Assembly: GCA_009914755.4 (NCBI GenBank) | Contig: CP068257.2 | Location: forward strand, 2,176,001 to 2,240,000 | From: the human T2T-CHM13v2.0 reference genome, Homo sapiens | Length of the DNA stretch: 64,000 nucleotides | Reading direction: 5' to 3' | In this document: piece by piece, positions 59,792-64,000 of the stretch | Numbering within the stretch: position 1 is the stretch's first letter | Layout: every line of letters begins with the position of its first letter | Made by a program: the position numbers and the translations under genes | The notes under the pieces: generated by a model | Told to the model about the DNA's origin: nothing | The model's database searches: none | What the model saw: the letters and a program-made list of their open reading frames with translations, nothing else

Positions 59792-61144
59792 TTTTTTTAA
59801 AATTTTATTTGCAGATTGTTCATTGTTAGTTTATAGAAATGCAACTGACTTGTGTGTGTTACTGTATCCTGAAACTTTGTTGAATTTCATTATTCTACCA
59901 GTATTTTGTGGAATTTCAGGATTTTTACACATTACATCATGTTGTCTGTGAACAAAATTTTGTACTTTTTCCTTTCCAATTTGCATGCTTTTTATTACTT
60001 TCTCTTGCCTAATTATTCTGAGTAGAAATTCCAGTACTGTGGTGAATAGAAGTGGCAGGAAGAGATGTTGCTATCTTATTCCTGATCCTAGAGGAAAAGA
60101 TTTTAGTTTTTCACCATTCAGTATGATGTTAGCTGTGAGCTTTTCATGTATAATCTTTATTTACTGAGGAGTTTCCATATATTACTAATTCTTTGAGTGT
60201 TTTTATTACAAAAGGTGTTCATCTGGCTCTGGAACCAGATAAATGTTGACCTGATAGAATGGATTGGAATGTCCCCTTCTGGTTTTTGAACATTTTTGGA
60301 ATATTTTGCAAAGGGCTGGCATTAATTCTTCTTGAAATGTTTGGAAAAATTTTCCAGTGAAGTTATCTGGACCTGGAATTTTCTTTTTTGGGGGGTTTTT
60401 GATTACTGGTTGAATCTTCTTACTAGTTACAGGTCTCTTTGGATTTTTTATTTCTCCATGATGCAGTATGGTGGTTTGTGTTTCTAGGAATTTATAAATT
60501 TATTCTAGGTTGCCCAGTTCTGTGGCATATGGTTGCTCACATTAGTCTCTTGTAATCTTTTTCATTTCTGTGGAATCTGTTGTACTGTCACCTCTTTTAT
60601 TTATGATTTTAGTATTTGAGATTTCTCTTTTTTTCTTAATATAGCTGTGAGTTTTAAAATTTGTATTGATCTTTAAAAAAACAAACTCAGTGGTTTTTTT
60701 TTTTCCTTTTTTTCTGGTCTTATTCTGCTTATCTCTGTTCTAATCTGTTATTTTCTTCCTTTTGCTTGGTTTGTCATTAGTTTTTTTTTTTTTTCCCTTT
60801 AGGTGTAATGTTAGGTTATTGATTTGAGATCTTTCTTCTTTTTAATTTAATCACCTGCAGCTATAAGCTTCCCTTTAGCATGGGTTTGAGATCTTTCTTC
60901 TTTTTAATTTAAGCATCTGCGGCTGTAAGCTTCCCTTTAGCACTGCCTTTGTTGCCTCCTCCTGAGTTTGGGTATGTCATGGTTTTGTTTTCATTTGCTT
61001 AAACATTTTTTTTGTCCTATTGTAATATAATTGTGTTGTTTTTAATAGAGGTAATTAATGAAACACATAATGAATTGTGCTTCTGTTTTTATAATATTTT
61101 AAGCATTCTTAACTCAGAAATGTAAATTTTAGAAAAAAATTCCA

Positions 61145-61472
<328 letters not shown>

Positions 61473-61601
61473 TTATTTGTATTTCAATTTAGAAACTATG
61501 ATCTCCTAAGTGTATTGACACAGCAACCTGACATAAAGATAAAGAATAATAAGTATATAACAAAACAGAAACTTGCAAATACCTTTTTTTATTAATTTTT
61601 A

Positions 61602-62593
<992 letters not shown>

Positions 62594-62718
62594 CGAATAT
62601 ATACATCTTAATGAGTTTAGAGATAAGTATTCGCCCCAGGACTCATCACAACAAATAATGCCGTAAACTTGACCATCACTCCCCATATATTTCTCATTCT
62701 GACCCTTTTTAAAAAATG

Positions 62719-63053
<335 letters not shown>

Positions 63054-63300
63054 TTATTTTAAGTGTACAATACAGGACGGCCATGCATCAGAGATATATG
63101 TGGGTTTGGTTCCAGACCACTGCAATAAAGTGAGTTATACAATTTCTTTTGGTTTTCCAGTGCATGTAAAAGTATGTTTATACTGTGCTGTATAAAGTGT
63201 GCAATAGCATATGTCTACAAAGTGTTCACACTTTAATTTACAAATACTTTATTGTTAACAAGTGCTAACAGTCATCTGAGCCTTCAGAAAGCTGCAATCT

Positions 63301-63566
63301 TTTTTTGTGTGCGTGACAGGGTTTTACTCTGTGGCTCAGGCTAGAGTAATTGCAGTCTCAACCTCATGCTCAATCAAACCCCCACCTCAGACTCCTGACT
63401 AGCTGGAACTACAGATACATGCCACCATGACCAGCTAATTTTTGTATTTTTTTTTTTGTAGAGATGGGGTTTTGCCATGTTGCCTTGACTTCCTGGGCTC
63501 AAGCAATCTACCCACCTTGGCCTCCCAAGGTGTTGGGATGACAGGTGTGAGCCACTGCACCTGGCC
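63301..63566 (-). mobile_element. Alu (AluJ-like)
   Basis: GTGACAGGGTTTTACTCTGTGGCTCAGGCTAGAGTAATTGCAGTCTCAACCTCATGCTCAATC...GGGATGACAGGTGTGAGCCACTGCACCTGGCC. Confidence 0.85.
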
Positions 63567-64000
63567 AAGTTTCAGTCTTCTTGCTGATGGAGGGTCTTGC
63601 CTTAATGTAAGGTGGTGGTTGCTGAGCGTTGGGGTGGCTGTGGCAATTTCTTAAAATAAGACACCATTGAAGTTTGCTGTGTCAATTGACTCTCCCTTTC
63701 ACAAAAGAATTATCTGTAGCATACGATGTTGTTTGATAGCTTTTTACCCACAGTAGAACTTTCAAATTGGATTCAATCCTGTCAAACCTTCGTACAGCTG
63801 TACCAACTAAGTTTATGTATTATTGTAAATCATTGTGTCAATCCTTTCAAGCCCTCCTTCTGCTGTACCAACTAAGTTTATTCTAAATCTGTTGTCATCT
63901 CAACATTGTATACACTGTCTTCACCACGAGTAGATTTCATCTCAAGAAACCACTTTCTTTGCTCATCCGTGGAAGCAACTCATCCACTCACGTTTTCTCC

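Overview
This window reads as primate (human-like) intergenic or intronic DNA, with roughly half of it made of interspersed repeats. All assignments are made by eye from the sequence alone, without database searches or tools.

Retrotransposons:
- About 33 Alu elements in both orientations.
- A full-length ~6.2 kb L1PA-type element on the minus strand (41797-47963). It has the canonical 5' end and an uninterrupted 681-aa ORF2 fragment.
- A ~5.6 kb L1 on the plus strand (19075-24638). A young-looking AluY sits at the end of its ORF1, flanked by a perfect 16-bp target-site duplication.
- A ~3.7 kb L1 on the minus strand (26360-30068) carrying three nested Alu insertions, a further L1 (−) at 58480-61100 interrupted by two Alus, and several older L1 fragments.

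Endogenous retrovirus:
- A ~6 kb composite HERV-K-superfamily (betaretrovirus-like) proviral cluster lies at 5880-11905.
- Unit A is HML-2-like: a partial 5' LTR, a tRNA-Lys primer-binding site, gag, and the start of pro.
- Unit A's pro is cut off by the LTR of a second, divergent unit B. Unit B has gag with MGQ..., two Zn knuckles, pro with a dUTPase domain, RT/RNase H fragments, and the integrase C-terminus.
- Neither unit has env or a 3' LTR, and an Alu caps the 3' end.

Other features:
- A CpG island with promoter-like motifs (YY1-like GCCATTTT plus ETS CCGGAAGTG, and a candidate splice donor) at about 32790-33330.
- A ~1.2 kb minisatellite with a 34-37 bp unit (38055-39265).
- Several microsatellites and short tandem duplications.
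- Two pairs of diverged, unclassified interspersed repeats.

I found no rRNA, tRNA or CRISPR, no prokaryote-style gene system, and no convincingly conserved protein-coding exon. Most of the supplied six-frame ORFs are translations of Alu, L1, HERV, minisatellite or CpG-island sequence.

The observations most worth a second look:
- the double-gag proviral architecture;
- a 62-bp perfect inverted match between the foreign block inside gag A and a site 5.4 kb upstream;
- a ~117-bp, ~96%-identical inverted duplicate abutting Alu 5' ends 39.7 kb apart;
- the CpG-island promoter candidate;
- the minisatellite.
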